DNA from: Amoebophrya sp. A120
Taxonomy: Eukaryota > Protista > Dinoflagellata
Direction of reading: 5' to 3'
Assembly (NCBI GenBank): GCA_905178155.1
Contig: CAJINV010000005.1
Coordinates: 5,225,038 to 5,289,037, forward strand
DNA length: 64,000 nt
Shown here: positions 45,441-57,646 of the stretch, piece by piece
Position numbering within the stretch: position 1 is the stretch's first letter
Layout: every line of letters starts with the position of its first letter
The notes under the pieces: generated by a model
Told to the model about the DNA's origin: nothing
What the model saw: only the letters and a program-made list of their open reading frames with translations
The model's database searches: none
Position numbers and translations under genes: made by a program

Positions 45441-48400
45441 ATGGTTAAAGTTGATTTCAACGTAACGACTTCCAACAGGATGGTGGAAAACGAAAAATCC
45501 GGGAAGATCAGCCAGAACTACGACTACACGCACACGACGAGGAGGTCCACCCGCCTGAGCACCGACAGCGCCAATGAGGACAGCAAGAACCTTATCCTGT
45601 GCAAAAGTATCGTACTCGTACAAATGCAAGTCTTGCATTACAAATCTTGTTTCCAAGGCAAATCTGCACTACAAATTTTATGTCTCATGCTGAGGAAATT
45701 TGTAATGCATTCATACGAGTGCGATACTTTTGGTTTTGGAGTTCATAAACCTCCTCGGCAGCGAGCTCTCCGCCCGGCTGGTCTATCATGTGCGAAAACG
45801 TCCCCACATAAGAGTTGTTGTCATGCAGATTCGCAACACCAGGAACTACACTTGTATTGTGCATCCCCTGCATGAGAGGCATTTATTTTCATTCGTGTTG
45901 AAAAAATATTTGTAGTGCTGTAAACAGTTGAACAAGTGGCCTTCTGAAGATGCGACTGTCCTACTTGGCAGCCTGTATGTTCCCAACTTGACTCTGGGAA
46001 GTAGATGCGGACGTTTTTACCAACGATACGGTCCAGAAGATCTTCATCGGATTTTTCTCTGCCGTCCCCGTTTTGTACATGTTTACGCTGCCCTGGGTCG
46101 GGTTGCACACGCTGTATGCCAAGGCGCCCCCCCAGTACAATCGGAGCAATGAGTGGTTTGACGGCGTGGAGATTGATGCCGGCGCGCCCGGTATCACGCA
46201 TGTGGAGTTTGTGCCTGGCGTGACGAGCGCGGCGCAGTTGCCAACGGCGCACGGCCCCTCGACGCTGGTCTTGCCGGAACAACTGCGGGTGGAAGACTGG
46301 TATGCAATGCAAAAGTATCGTACTGCTCGTATAAAAAATGCATTACAAACTCCCCCAGCATTACAAATCCAATTTGTAATGCTGATTTACCTTGAGAAAC
46401 AGGTTTGTAATGCGTAAATGCAATCACTACGAGTACGATACTTTTGCACAGGATAACTGGACGAATTTGCAGATGCTGACGTTGTCGGAGATGATTGCGG
46501 ACGCACCGGCCACCGGGCTCATGTCCCTGCTTTTCTTCTTCCCGTGTCTCTTCCTGTGGTTCGATTTTCTCGCGGTTTCGGCAAGGGTGCGAAGATATCG
46601 AACGCAAATCAATATGTAATGTCTGGGTCTGAAATTGAAAGTAGTAAACTTGTGATGCGCTGGGCGGTTGCGGTTCTTAGACAGGTACGACGAGGACGTG
46701 CCTCAATTCACATACAAGGAAGCGTGACAACTTTTTGTGTCCTCGCTAGGTGCTGTTTATCTTGCCGATAATTCTGAATGGTACTTAAATTGCGTTTGTG
46801 CATGACAGAAAGCTGTCCTGCGGCGTGACGTGCATAAGAGACATTTGAGACTTCTTGTGTCAGCTGAGCATGACATTCTCCCAGACCCCGACATCATCAT
46901 GTTTGCAATGCATAGGAGCGGCAAGATGGAGCACATTACATACACGAAAGTGTATCGCTTGCTGCTTTTCTCGCTGGTGCTGATTTTCCAGATCTTGTAT
47001 CAAAAGGAAAAATCCCCCCTCCCCATATCGCAAACGAAATTTGTGATGCTGGATTTGAGTACACATATCAGATTTGTCTTGCTGAAGAGGACTGCAGGCC
47101 CACATCAAGCCTGAGTAGAGAGGTTTTTGCCTAGGCGCTTAGCATGAGAAACGTCTGCGCTGTAGGCCAAACAGCATCACAAACCGCCTGCATAAATGCG
47201 GCGGAGCCTGTGGAATTGCCTTCCTGCAAGACAGAGATCATTTGTGGTCGCAAGTCAGCATTGCAAATTTTCTGAAACGTACCTTTTCGATATGGGGAGG
47301 GGGGATTTTTCCCCGGGATATCTTGTTCGGTTTGTTTCTCGCGCACCCGGTTGGCATAGACATATGCTCTGCAAAAGTATCGTACTCGTATAATGAATTG
47401 CACTCATGCATGACAAATACCTGTCCCAACCTGAATCAGCATGATGAATTCCAACTTATTTGTTCTTGGTAAATAAATTTGTGATGCAATTTATACCTAG
47501 ATACTTTTGCAATGCATAAGAGAAGGCCTTCGACATGGTGCACTACTGCGTCGTGATGGGCTTCTGCTTCTTCAGCAGCTTCTATTTTGTGTGCCGACTT
47601 TACGTATCAAATGTAAAAATGTCTGGGTCTGGAAGATTCTGACACTTGTCATGCACGTTCTGCATGAGCCATGATGTCTGTGATGCATACCCTAGCAATG
47701 CAGATTTTTTGAGGGCTTCTTGATGCGTATTCCGCATGACAAATGCCTTCTCAGCGTAGCAAAAATTGTATTTTCTTTGGTACTCATGCAATACAGATTT
47801 TTTTGGAATCCAAATGCAGCAATTCTTCCAGACCCAGACATTTTTACATTTGATATTACGGAGAGTGGAATTGGGCGGTGGCAATTTTTGCGATGTTCGG
47901 CTTCTTCGCCTTTGCGGTACTGGGCTACATATCCTGTGTGCAAAAGTATCGCTACTCGTATTGCAATCATGCATTACAAATCCTCTCTTTAAGGTAAATA
48001 CACATTACAAATTTCATTTCTCATGCTGAGGAAATTTGTAATGCATTTATATATACGAGTGCGATACTTTTGCAGTGCATACTACAGCCTGTTCAGCAAA
48101 ACAAAAATTAAGTACTGGTTTTGGGTTGCGGAATCCCTTTTGCATTGCAAAAGCATCGTACTAGTATAAATTGCATAACAAATTTTGGCAAGAAGAAAAA
48201 TGGAATTTGTAATGCTGTTTTACCTTAGGAAGGAGATTTGTCATGCATACTTGCAATTAGTACGAGTGCGATACTTTTGCACAGGATATCCCTGGGACTC
48301 ACCGCCATGATTTGGATCGCACCCATGTATTTTTTGGCCGGACAGTGTACGGACCGGAGCGGCAAGGAGTTTTGCATGTTTCGGTGTTGCGCCTGTTGTA

Positions 48401-48850
48401 TCAAATGTGAAAATGTCTGGGTCTGGAAGATTTCTAGATTTGTCATGCATATTTTCCATGACCCATCATGTCTGTGATGCATGCCGTAGCATCACAGATT
48501 TTTAAAGCGCTTTGTGATGCCTCTACAGCATGAGAAATGACCTCTCCGCGTAGCACAAACTGGAGTCCTCTTGCTGGTCATGCAATACAAATTTTTTCAG
48601 AATCCAGAGACAGCAGCACAAGTTTAGAATGTTCCAGACCCAGACATTTTTACATTTGATATGTTGCTGTCCCCGGGCGCGGGAAAGAGTGGAGTTTGCA
48701 CGGTCGCAGTACTACAATGTCTACGGCGCAGCTAGTACAAAGGTCGTGGATGAAAACACCAATTCTGATCAAGACGAGGATGTGATGCTGGAGGGCGAAG
48801 ATGGAGCAAGCGAGGGGGACGATATTTTTTCGGTGTCGGACAAAATTTGA
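45441..48850 (+). CDS. Multi-pass membrane protein (about 396 aa, about 6 TM), possibly Frag1/DRAM/Sfk1-like
   Basis: 10 introners removed gives a 1191-nt ORF; hydrophobic segments; motifs LTLSEMIADAPAT, VHYCVVMGF, FWVAESLG; family call tentative. Confidence 0.8.
45593..45747. mobile_element. Introner family A
   Basis: DR AACCT. Confidence 0.9.
45784..46028. mobile_element. Introner family C (diverged)
   Basis: DR TGGTC/CGGTC. Confidence 0.85.
46301..46455. mobile_element. Introner family A
   Basis: DR ACTGG. Confidence 0.9.
46596..46914. mobile_element. Introner family B (diverged)
   Basis: DR GAAGA/GGAGC. Confidence 0.8.
46998..47320. mobile_element. Introner family D
   Basis: DR TCTTG. 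Confidence 0.9.
47363..47518. mobile_element. Introner family A (diverged)
   Basis: DR AGACA/AGAGA. Confidence 0.85.
47605..47855. mobile_element. Introner family B
   Basis: DR TTACG. Confidence 0.9.
47930..48081. mobile_element. Introner family A
   Basis: DR CTACA. Confidence 0.9.
48139..48288. mobile_element. Introner family A
   Basis: DR TCCCT; left end TTT. Confidence 0.9.
48399..48661. mobile_element. Introner family B
   Basis: DR TGTTG. Confidence 0.9.
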
Positions 48851-49658
48851 GGCGCTTTTTTTCCAGAAGATACGCATGGCAATAGTAGTACCACTCTGAA
48901 AGTCTACTTTCCACTTAGTACATTTACTATACTCATTTATTACATTTTCTTGATGCTTCTCTGAAAGAAGTAAGTTAGCTTGTTGTACTAGTGATTACGG
49001 ATCATTTACAAAGCAAGAACTACCAGGAGCGGTTTGTTGATGCCCACTGCCGTGTAAGTAAGTAGCTGCGAACTACTGGGTGTTATCGCAGTGGCAGTGG
49101 TGGAAAAGTATTCACAAAGACAAAAACACCCTCCTGTTACGAATTATCAATAAGTTTTTTTACTATGATCCGCATGAATATTGTTGGATTTGGAACAGCA
49201 ACAATCAATCTATCACAATCAGCGCTGAAACAAAATTAGCAGTTATGCAGCAACGCCTCGATTTATAGTTGAGGGTATCAACTGTTTCTTGTGAAGCAGA
49301 AGTACATCGTGGCTCGCAGTGCTTGTGTTCGTCGAACGTAGAACTGTTGTTCAAGATCATTGCCTCCTCCGCACGCTTCAAAAGAGAATGAACTCCTCGC
49401 GCCGTTTGGCAGATCGTTGCTGCTATGGTGTATCAATTTTTACTTACTTAAGAGGAAGAAAGTAATGAAATACCTCTAGCCCGGGGAGCCGTCGCTTCTT
49501 CCCGCGGCCAACAAAAATCCAAAGTGTCCTCAACCTTTGTGCCGTCCCTCGTACCGTGGGCATTCTCGTTCTTTTCCGAAGCGGCAAAAGGTTTATGTGC
49601 AGCAGCCAGCGAAGAATCTTCAATTGTAGCCAATAAAAGGGGCAAGAACGCGAACAAG

Positions 49659-52474
49659 ATGAGCAGGCGACCGGCAGGAACCCGAACCTTTGTTTCGTGC
49701 ACCTACATGATGCAGGTGGGTCTTCTGTTGCTCGCCTTCACGACAAGCATAACGAAAATTCAAGCTCAAGAACAACTACAAGAAGGAGCCGCAGAAAAAA
49801 ATAAAAACTTACTCTCCCCACAAGACAAGCCCAGATTCGCGCACGCCTATCTTTCGCACACGGCGGACAAGCTCAACTGCATTTTTTCGCGCCTGCTGGG
49901 AAAATCGTACAAGGGCCACGGGAAAACCGGCCGGAGGGGGTGCTTGGAGTTGCTGCTGACGCCCTCGACGCCGGACTTTGCGGGACACGGCGTGTTGGAT
50001 AAAAACCTGCTGGAGGACAGCAAAAAGCAAAAATTCGAATTTGACCAACGCACGGCGACGCATCTGTTATTCGAGGAGGCGTATGCATTGCAAGAGTTGT
50101 ATCGTGTTCGCGCTATGTTGCATGTAGTGCATTACAAGGAGTAGAAAGGTGGAATTTGTAATGCTGATTGCGGTCGGGTGGAAGAGGAAGCGTGCTTGTC
50201 ATGCGTGACTACAATACGATTACGAATGCATACGAGTGCGAAACAGCTTTTGCAGTGCATAAGGCGGAACGAATTTCCGAGAAGAAACCCTGGAGCCCGC
50301 GAATGTACAATTTCAGATCGGAACACGACCGGAAGCCGCACTCCACGAAGTGGAAGGAAGTTCGGGATTTCAACAAGATGTCCTGGGCGATTCTGAAGTC
50401 TCTCGAGCAGGAATTGCTGAATTTGCCGGAAGAGATCTTCGGGGGTGGGGCGGAGAAGCGGAAGAAGAAGAAATACAAGCAACCACATGACGTACTCACC
50501 GCTGCGTCAGAAGATGTTGTTGAAGAAGCCGACGTGCACTACCGGTTTTCCTGGCAACTGCAGACGGTGAAAGGGTTGATCACAGCGGTTGAGAACGAAA
50601 ATCGGGTTTGGGAGGCGGGCACCGCATTCGGCATAGTCGGTCCGGAAAAGGCGCCGGACGGCGAAGTAGAGAGGAAAAAAGGAAGAAAATCCGTCGGGGC
50701 TACACTGGATCAGTTCCTGAAGAGTTCGTTAGGCGTGGCACCGACGAGCACGATGAAAATTGGTAGTCCACCTTCGCAAGAAAACCGAACCATTTCTGGC
50801 GCAACTGCTGCTACAAGAACCGCAGGATCTTCATCTTCCGTTCTCTCCGCCTGCCCGCTCGTCAGTAATGATCTGAGTTCCGAGAAATTCTTTCACAACA
50901 GCGGGAGCACGCAGACCAGCACAACTTCTGGCGGAGGAAGTAATGATTCGTTTTTCTCCGGCGAGGCAGCGTTTGCGGTGTTCAAAATGCACTTGAAGTT
51001 AGGGGCGGAGAAGCTAAGACAGTGGTTGTTTGTGAACAAATTGGCGCAGAAATGGACAAAAAATTACGAAGTGACAGTTACGGATACGCATTCGACGGCG
51101 TCCACGACTTCTGAGGGAGAAACAACCTCCGGATCTGCTCCTGCGCAAATGACATCAAGCAACTTCTTGAGTCTCAACCTCGCCCTGAAGCTGATCGCAC
51201 CGACATTAGACGAGGGAAGCATCCTTGCCGCCAAAAATATCTCAAATAGTACAGGCAAAGACGGTGGCGAAACCGAAACCTCCACTCCGGAAATAGCCTC
51301 TAACCTCATCCTGGTCAACGACATTGTGAACAGCGTGGCGCACTTGCCGTCCTACTCATCGAACTCAGGCGCGGATGACGCCTTCGGCTCCTCCACCTGG
51401 GAAGCGGTAGAGCAAGCGGGGCCGACTGGTCGTGTGGCTTCGTATGGAGTGGACGAGGAGGGTTCGAAAGCGAAGTCTTCTTGGACGACGAAAAAGAAGG
51501 TGAATCGAAATCCCAAACCTAGGGCATTGTTGCTTGCGGAGGAGGAGGAGGAACTTCTGAGAACAAAATCGGGCAGTGAAGATTTTTCCCCGTTTACTGC
51601 AAGTACACTCTCCACAACCACCCGAGATCTCGCCGGCTTCTTCTACTCGGCAATCCCCGCGAGGAAGAAGGTGACGAGTAAAGGAACGAAAACCAAACCG
51701 TCCACGCTAGTCCAACCAAGTGACCTGGTCTACGTGGTGAACGCAACGTCTGTGTTGCTGTTGAATGAGGAGGACGAGGGTAATAAAGCGACTAAAGCAG
51801 GCTCAGCTTCATCAGCCCCCTCTTCTCCCTGGACCCCCCTCCGGCTGCAGAAAACCGCCTTTCGGATCATCGCGTCTTATTTCATCAAAACTTACTGGCT
51901 CTGGAAGTTCGTGATGGAGAAAAACTGGTTCGAATTCCACCCGGAAAACAGCCATTTCGGGTCGTCTTTAGAAAATGCTAGCCTTTCGCAGTTGGGGATC
52001 GTGCAGAAGGGTTTGACGGAATTGCTAGCGGAGGAGTTAGTGCACTTTTCCACGAACAATGAACAAAACGTCGACGACGGGTCGTCCTCTACTTCGGGAA
52101 AAGCTGTCCATTCCGGAGCGAAGACGAAAGCGCAGGACCAGTTTTCGGATGAAAAAATTCTGCCGAAGAATTGCTTGAAGCCGATGGAGAGTGAGGAGCT
52201 GTTTTTGAAACGAGTTTTACCGACGGCGAAGATGGTTTTTGCGGACGACACGGATCCGGGGTATTTGGACGCGCGGAATTTTTTGAAGCACTGGGGCGTG
52301 AGCTTGGTGGCAAGGTATTTGGCGGAGGGGAAGGGGATGGGGTGGGAGGAGTTGCTAGAAAGACCGATGTTGCCGCGGGATTTGGTTGTGGTGGATGAGA
52401 GCAGTGAGGAAGCGGTGAATGAAGCTCAAGAACCAATTTTTCTTGGAGGAGCGCATGCTGCCGATGAATTGTGA
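49659..52474 (+). CDS. Hypothetical protein (about 876 aa) with signal-peptide-like N-terminus, one introner intron
   Basis: ORFs 49524-50144 and 50168-52474 join in frame (..LLFEEA|ERISEKK..) on removing 50082-50266; MMQVGLLLLAFTTSITKIQAQ. Confidence 0.8.
50082..50261. mobile_element. Introner family A (diverged)
   Basis: DR AGGCG. Confidence 0.85.
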
Positions 52475-52840
52475 AGTAGCCAAATCGCAATCAGGCCCTA
52501 GATTTTCATTTTGGTAGCGTTCTCGAAATAATGAAAGGACGGGGCGCCGCGGCGGCGAGTCTTCCGCCTTGGAGCATACACACAAAATGTGGATCTAGGT
52601 GGTTGTTGTCTTTTCCGAGGGTGTTTGCATTTGTTCGTTTTGCTGGTGAATCCTCGTCCTCTCGTTCGATAAGATCGTACGAGAAGGTGCTGGAAGAGAT
52701 GCGGAGTCTGGCAGGCGCCGAAATCAGAGAGCGCGTCAGATGACACGAATTTGAGTTGCAGCTCCTGCGCAATCGAGCGTCAGTGATGGTTTCGAGTAGC
52801 AATCCTCTCATGTGAGCGGTCTAGACGAGTGCAGTGGAAG

Positions 52841-54376
52841 ATGTTGCATTTCAACATGTCGAAGCCTCTGCGGATGCGCGCACGTGTGGGCCGTCCTCCG
52901 AAGGACTTTCTTTCTCTGGACGAAGCGCGCGTAATCGTGCAAGAAGCGAAACTGAGGAACAAGCCCTCTTTTACGCGTTGGCTCAAGCAGAATCCAACGC
53001 ACGCGATCCCCACCAATCCGGACAGAGTGTATTTGAATCACGGGTGGACCGGCTACCGCGACTTTCTGGGTTACGGGAGTCGGCGGGCATCCCGTCTCAA
53101 AGAAGCAACAGCCGATCCATTCAGAAGCCGAGTTTCCAGTAAGTGCCATTCGCAGCGGATCCAAGCGATAAATCTTGTGTGCGACGCAATTCGCCGAGGC
53201 GCTGAAGAAAAGCAGGTACAAATCGAAGTCCGCATGCTACCACTCTACGCGTCAGCCGCCTTTCTTTTCCGTGTGCGCCCTGCAGGAGGAAAGAATGTAG
53301 AAGCGTTGCACGAGCAGGAAGAGCAAGAAGATGCGTGGCTGCCGGTGGTAGTGCGGTCCGCGGGGGCACAACTTCGACGAGAACATGCGATAAGTCAGGG
53401 ACACAGCGATGACGAGGCGCAGTTTGGAAGCAATACTGCAAGTTTAACCATCCCCGTCCCATACTCAACAGACCAGTCGGCTACAACGGAGGACTCGTCT
53501 ACATCGTCAGTCTCGTCTCTTTCCGGGTCCACGTTTTGGAGGTGTAAATTTAACAAAGCGTCCGCACTGTTTGGAATGCCACTTCTTTGCATCGTGCCGG
53601 ATTCTCAAGAGATGATGCTCACGACTTGCGCGTCGAATGTAAGGTGCGCACTTACTCCGCAGGAGATCAAGCGCTCCTGCATCAACTTTCAAGCGACATC
53701 GGACAGCTCCGCACTAGTAAACTTCCTCATGGAGCATTGGAACCTTCGGGAACAAGACGAGAAAAAGTCCTTTCACATTTGGACGGACTGCCTGACTCAC
53801 GGACCACTTGATGCCGTTCACAATCGCGGAATTTTTTTTCTGAACCAGTTTTTGTACAAGCCGCTCGGGCTGCCGCTCAACTTCTGCACGACGGAGCACT
53901 ACCGCAACACCCTCTACAACGCGAAGGTCGGAGAGAACCGCGTCCTTCATCGAAAGGCAATGAAGATACGAGCAGCAGAAAAGTACGAGAGTTCCGGATA
54001 CCGAGTCAAAGTCGAATCGCACCGGTGTCCTGATGGGCTTGTATTTTCCGGGCCAATGAGCAATTTCGATACTTTCGACTTTTTGATAGCGTTCTATAGC
54101 GGGCCGATTGGAGGGTCTGATACTTCAATCCATGGCGTTTTCATTATTCCCCAGCGTATACTTTTAGAGAATTTGAAGATTGAAGACTCAGCTGCATTCT
54201 ATGCCTGGTTGACACTGTATAATCCCTGGGCAAAACCGCGGCTGATAAATTCGAGGAGAAACCGTGCCTGGCAAGCACCCTTTTTCATCGATTTTTTCGA
54301 CATAGAAAACGACCCGGACAAAGCCGGCGCAGCCCTGGAGAAAGCGAAAGCGATATTCGCGGAGTATGGAAAGTGA
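52841..54376 (+). CDS. Paralogue 1: AT-hook-like + integrase-repeat-like + PD-(D/E)XK/MepB-like protein
   Basis: Intronless ORF; VGRPPK, FLSLDEARVIVQEAKL..IPTNPDRVY..GWTGYRDFLG, FDFLIAF..GVFIIPQRILLEN..LYNPW..WQAPFFID; alternative ATG at 52856. Confidence 0.85.
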   Translation: MLHFNMSKPLRMRARVGRPPKDFLSLDEARVIVQEAKLRNKPSFTRWLKQNPTHAIPTNPDRVYLNHGWTGYRDFLGYGSRRASRLKEATADPFRSRVSSKCHSQRIQAINLVCDAIRRGAEEKQVQIEVRMLPLYASAAFLFRVRPAGGKNVEALHEQEEQEDAWLPVVVRSAGAQLRREHAISQGHSDDEAQFGSNTASLTIPVPYSTDQSATTEDSSTSSVSSLSGSTFWRCKFNKASALFGMPLLCIVPDSQEMMLTTCASNVRCALTPQEIKRSCINFQATSDSSALVNFLMEHWNLREQDEKKSFHIWTDCLTHGPLDAVHNRGIFFLNQFLYKPLGLPLNFCTTEHYRNTLYNAKVGENRVLHRKAMKIRAAEKYESSGYRVKVESHRCPDGLVFSGPMSNFDTFDFLIAFYSGPIGGSDTSIHGVFIIPQRILLENLKIEDSAAFYAWLTLYNPWAKPRLINSRRNRAWQAPFFIDFFDIENDPDKAGAALEKAKAIFAEYGK

Positions 54377-54839
54377 TGAAATCAAAATCTTAACTCGGTG
54401 GCCACGCTCTCTAGCATGCCAGGCTGACAGCGCATCAGAATTCGGGCTCTGGTGTTTGTGTTTCAAGATACATAGTGCTGTTACTCCACCCAACCACCCG
54501 CATCGTCAAAAAAATTGCTTATTGATAAATTCACAGTTTTCTTGCGATCCTCCCAGTTCCGCTTCGGCTGCTCCATGTCGGTTTTGGACCGGTGACAAAT
54601 AAACGTGATCTTCACGAAGTTTCCGTGCCAGATTGCATCTGCGGTGCGAAGCTTGCTGAGCAACAACTGATCATCCCTTGTAGTTGTAAAAAGTTGCAAC
54701 TTTAAGTCTGCGTGTCAGACAGGAATAAATTTGAACATATCTTTGGGTGGCAATTTTTATCTTCCGCTGTTGCTCCGACTGCAGCTGCCACCTTTGCTGC
54801 TCGTTGTTAGCTCACGAATGAGAAGCTACTTGCGTAAAG

Positions 54840-55151
54840 ATGACTTCCTTCATCTCCACCCGCGACACCTCCACCCCACCAACCCCGTTCACCTTCCAGC
54901 AAGCCATCGAACTGGGCTACGCACCGGATGGAGGGCTTTTCGTGCCAGAGACGTTCCATGCCTTCACCGCAACAGAAATTTTTGCCTACGTCGAGCGGGT
55001 AAACAACCAAGAAGGTTGTAATTCAGCTACAGGAGAAATAACAGCCGCGACACTCCCGCCACTGACCTACGCGGAGCTTGCCTTCGACATCCTGAAAAGG
55101 TTTATCAAAGAGGAGGAAATCCCGAGAGATGATTTACGGGAAATCTGCGAA
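54840..55151 (+). pseudogene. thrC: Truncated 5' duplicate of threonine synthase, ending at an introner
   Basis: MTSFISTRDTSTPPTPFTFQQAIELGYAPDGGLFVPETF...DDLREICE is nearly identical to the start of 59592-61775; no downstream exons follow. Confidence 0.9.
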
Positions 55152-55295
55152 TATCCTGTGCAAAAGTATCGTACTCGTATAAATGCATTACAAACTTCCT
55201 CAGCATGAGAAATGAAATTTGTAATGCAGATTTGCCTTGGAAACAAGATCTGTAATGCTAAACTTGCATTTGTACGAGTACGATACTTTTGCACA
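55152..55295. mobile_element. Introner family A, right terminus broken
   Basis: Left TIR after GCGAA; right TIR stops at TTTTGCACA with no ATA or DR. Confidence 0.85.
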
Positions 55296-55599
55296 ACAGA
55301 TGAGACGTCCCCAGTGATATAGCCGAACAGATGATAAACCCGTAACGCTTGTGGCTCGCTTGCGCGTCTTGTTCTACCGAACTATGCACGGAGACGCAAA
55401 TAAGATGTGAAGAACCCACTGAGTGGCGAGGGGAGAGATGCAATAGAGATTACAACCACAGTCAGGAGAGTGTCTAGCTGCGGGTTGCGAGTTGCGCCTT
55501 GTTTGTGCGAAAGTATTGAGACACGAACAAGTTTTGGCGTTTCGGTTTCGTATCGTTGATGTTTTTAGACGTAGAGTAGACCACGATGACAATTCGACG

Positions 55600-57150
55600 A
55601 TGACCGCCATCGCTTCAAAGCGTGTGCTTTCTGCTGGCGGTCGGCCTGCGAAGATTTGGCTCGGATTCACTGAAGCACGAAGTATCGTGCGCGAGGCAAA
55701 GCTGAAAAACAAGCCGGCTTTTTCGAACTGGTTGAAGCTGAATCGTGGCTACGCAATACCGTCGCATCCGGATGCTGCGTATGCCACCAAGGGGTGGGCG
55801 GGCTACCGTGACTTTCTTGGCTACGGAAGTCGCAGGGCGTCGCGAATCAGATATGGCTCGGGCGACGGAACCGCAGATCCGTACCGGAGCTCGCTGTCAA
55901 GCAAGTACTATGAGCAGCGAATGGACGCAATAAATTTTGTGTGCGATAGCATTACAACTTCGACGGAGCTGCATGAGCATCATATTGATGTCCGCGTCCT
56001 CCCCATGTATACTGCGGCATCTCTTCTTTACAGGGTGCGGCCATCGGCAGTCGACACTACTACCGATGTTTCAAACCAAACGCCAGGCCTTGACCGCTGG
56101 CTGCCAGTCGTCATACGCTCGTCGGGCGCTTCGCGGAAGGGAAACTGCCGTGCTAGTGACGGCGGTGAAAGGTGGTTGCAGCTCGGGGGTCGCGGAACAA
56201 ACGCTGCGACGTCAACATCCACAGTACATGGCGAACAGGAAGCCGCGTCTCGAGCAGCGAAACTACCAGGGCAATTACCGAGCGAAGTAGAGCGTTCATA
56301 CGCGAAGTTTTGGCGGTGCCGATTCGACAGTTCTTCACCGTTGCTCGGTATGCCAATGGTTTGTGTAGTGCCAGATTCACGGGAGCTGGTGCTGACAGGG
56401 TGTTCCGCAAGAGCAAAGAGTCAATACACTCCGCAACTTCTCAATTACTCCCTCGACTCTCAAACCACGAGCAGCGCTGCAGTTGTGAAGTTTCTACTGG
56501 AGCACTGGGAGACCCCCGGATCGGGGCGCAAAAGGTCTTTCCACGACTGGATGGAGTGTTTGACCACAAGCTCCAAGGATTCCGCGCACCAATGCGGTAT
56601 CGCTCGGATCAACAAAATGCTGTACGAACCGCTTGGACTCTCGTTCACCTTTGCACCTCACGAACAGGAGCGAAATACGATGTACAACACGCGGGTGGGC
56701 TCATACCGCGTCATTCATCGGAAGGCGGTGAAGATCAAGGCGGTGAAAGAGTACAAGCATGCAGGGTATCGCGTTCGACTGGAATCTTCCAGGTGCCCTG
56801 ACGGGCTTGTCTTCTCTGGAGAAAAGGCGAATTTCGAAACATTCGACTTTCTGATCGCGTTTCACGGCGGGTCGGTCAGTGACGACACCAACGGGATTTT
56901 CATCATTCCGCAAGAGGTGCTTGTGCGAAATTTGAAAATTGAGGACAATGCTTTCTTCGCATGGATAACATTGTACTCGCCGGATACTAGTCCCATCTTG
57001 TTGGACGCCAAGAGAAATAAAGACTGGCAGGAACCATTCTACATCAATTTCTCGGATGTCGAGAACGATACGGAAAAAGCACGCGCCGCTTTGGCAAAAG
57101 CGCGGCGTATCTTCGAGGGGTATGGCAAGACCGCATGGAAGAAAAAGTAG
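55600..57150 (+). CDS. Paralogue 2: AT-hook-like + integrase-repeat-like + PD-(D/E)XK/MepB-like protein
   Basis: GGRPAK, WLGFTEARSIVREAKL..IPSHPDAAY..GWAGYRDFLG, RCPDGLVFSG, FDFLIAF..GIFIIPQEVL..WQEPFYIN. Confidence 0.85.
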   Translation: MTAIASKRVLSAGGRPAKIWLGFTEARSIVREAKLKNKPAFSNWLKLNRGYAIPSHPDAAYATKGWAGYRDFLGYGSRRASRIRYGSGDGTADPYRSSLSSKYYEQRMDAINFVCDSITTSTELHEHHIDVRVLPMYTAASLLYRVRPSAVDTTTDVSNQTPGLDRWLPVVIRSSGASRKGNCRASDGGERWLQLGGRGTNAATSTSTVHGEQEAASRAAKLPGQLPSEVERSYAKFWRCRFDSSSPLLGMPMVCVVPDSRELVLTGCSARAKSQYTPQLLNYSLDSQTTSSAAVVKFLLEHWETPGSGRKRSFHDWMECLTTSSKDSAHQCGIARINKMLYEPLGLSFTFAPHEQERNTMYNTRVGSYRVIHRKAVKIKAVKEYKHAGYRVRLESSRCPDGLVFSGEKANFETFDFLIAFHGGSVSDDTNGIFIIPQEVLVRNLKIEDNAFFAWITLYSPDTSPILLDAKRNKDWQEPFYINFSDVENDTEKARAALAKARRIFEGYGKTAWKKK

Positions 57151-57646
57151 AAAGCTCTCCGGCCACGACCGTTCTGGCAACGACGTGCAATTCATGTCAC
57201 CGAGCGACTTGCCTTGGCCTTATGAATGGTGACGCGATGGCAATTGCGCCAGGAAAATGGATTTGCCGCCGGCATAACCTGTTCACAACTGGTACTGGTT
57301 TCTCTGCAAAGTTGTTCCTGCTTTGTGTCAGCCTGTAAATTACTTGGATGATCATGAGGCCGTCAAACAGCTTTAGCTTCTCTTGTTGACCATGAAAGTC
57401 AAAGTGCATCCTTGATGGCATTTAGATTTACATTTTCATAGACGTTTCTTCCGGCATTGGTGAAGATCCGTTGAAGCAGCTGATTGTGAGCTACCCTGAT
57501 CGTGAAGTGCCCTGATTCTGAAGCACGCACGATTGTGAGATGCACTAATAGTACGTCAAAACTTAGAATTAGATGGAAAACGAAGGAGGGACCGTCACCG
57601 TGCCTCGTAGGTAGATGAAAAGAAATAGTCATAGTGTCAGCACAAG

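Noticed and set aside
1705-48482. Many short ORFs sharing peptides such as LPDPDIFTFD, KCKNVWVWK, CKSIVLV, GVGTFLLRI
   Set aside because: These are translations of introner TIRs in different frames, not a protein family
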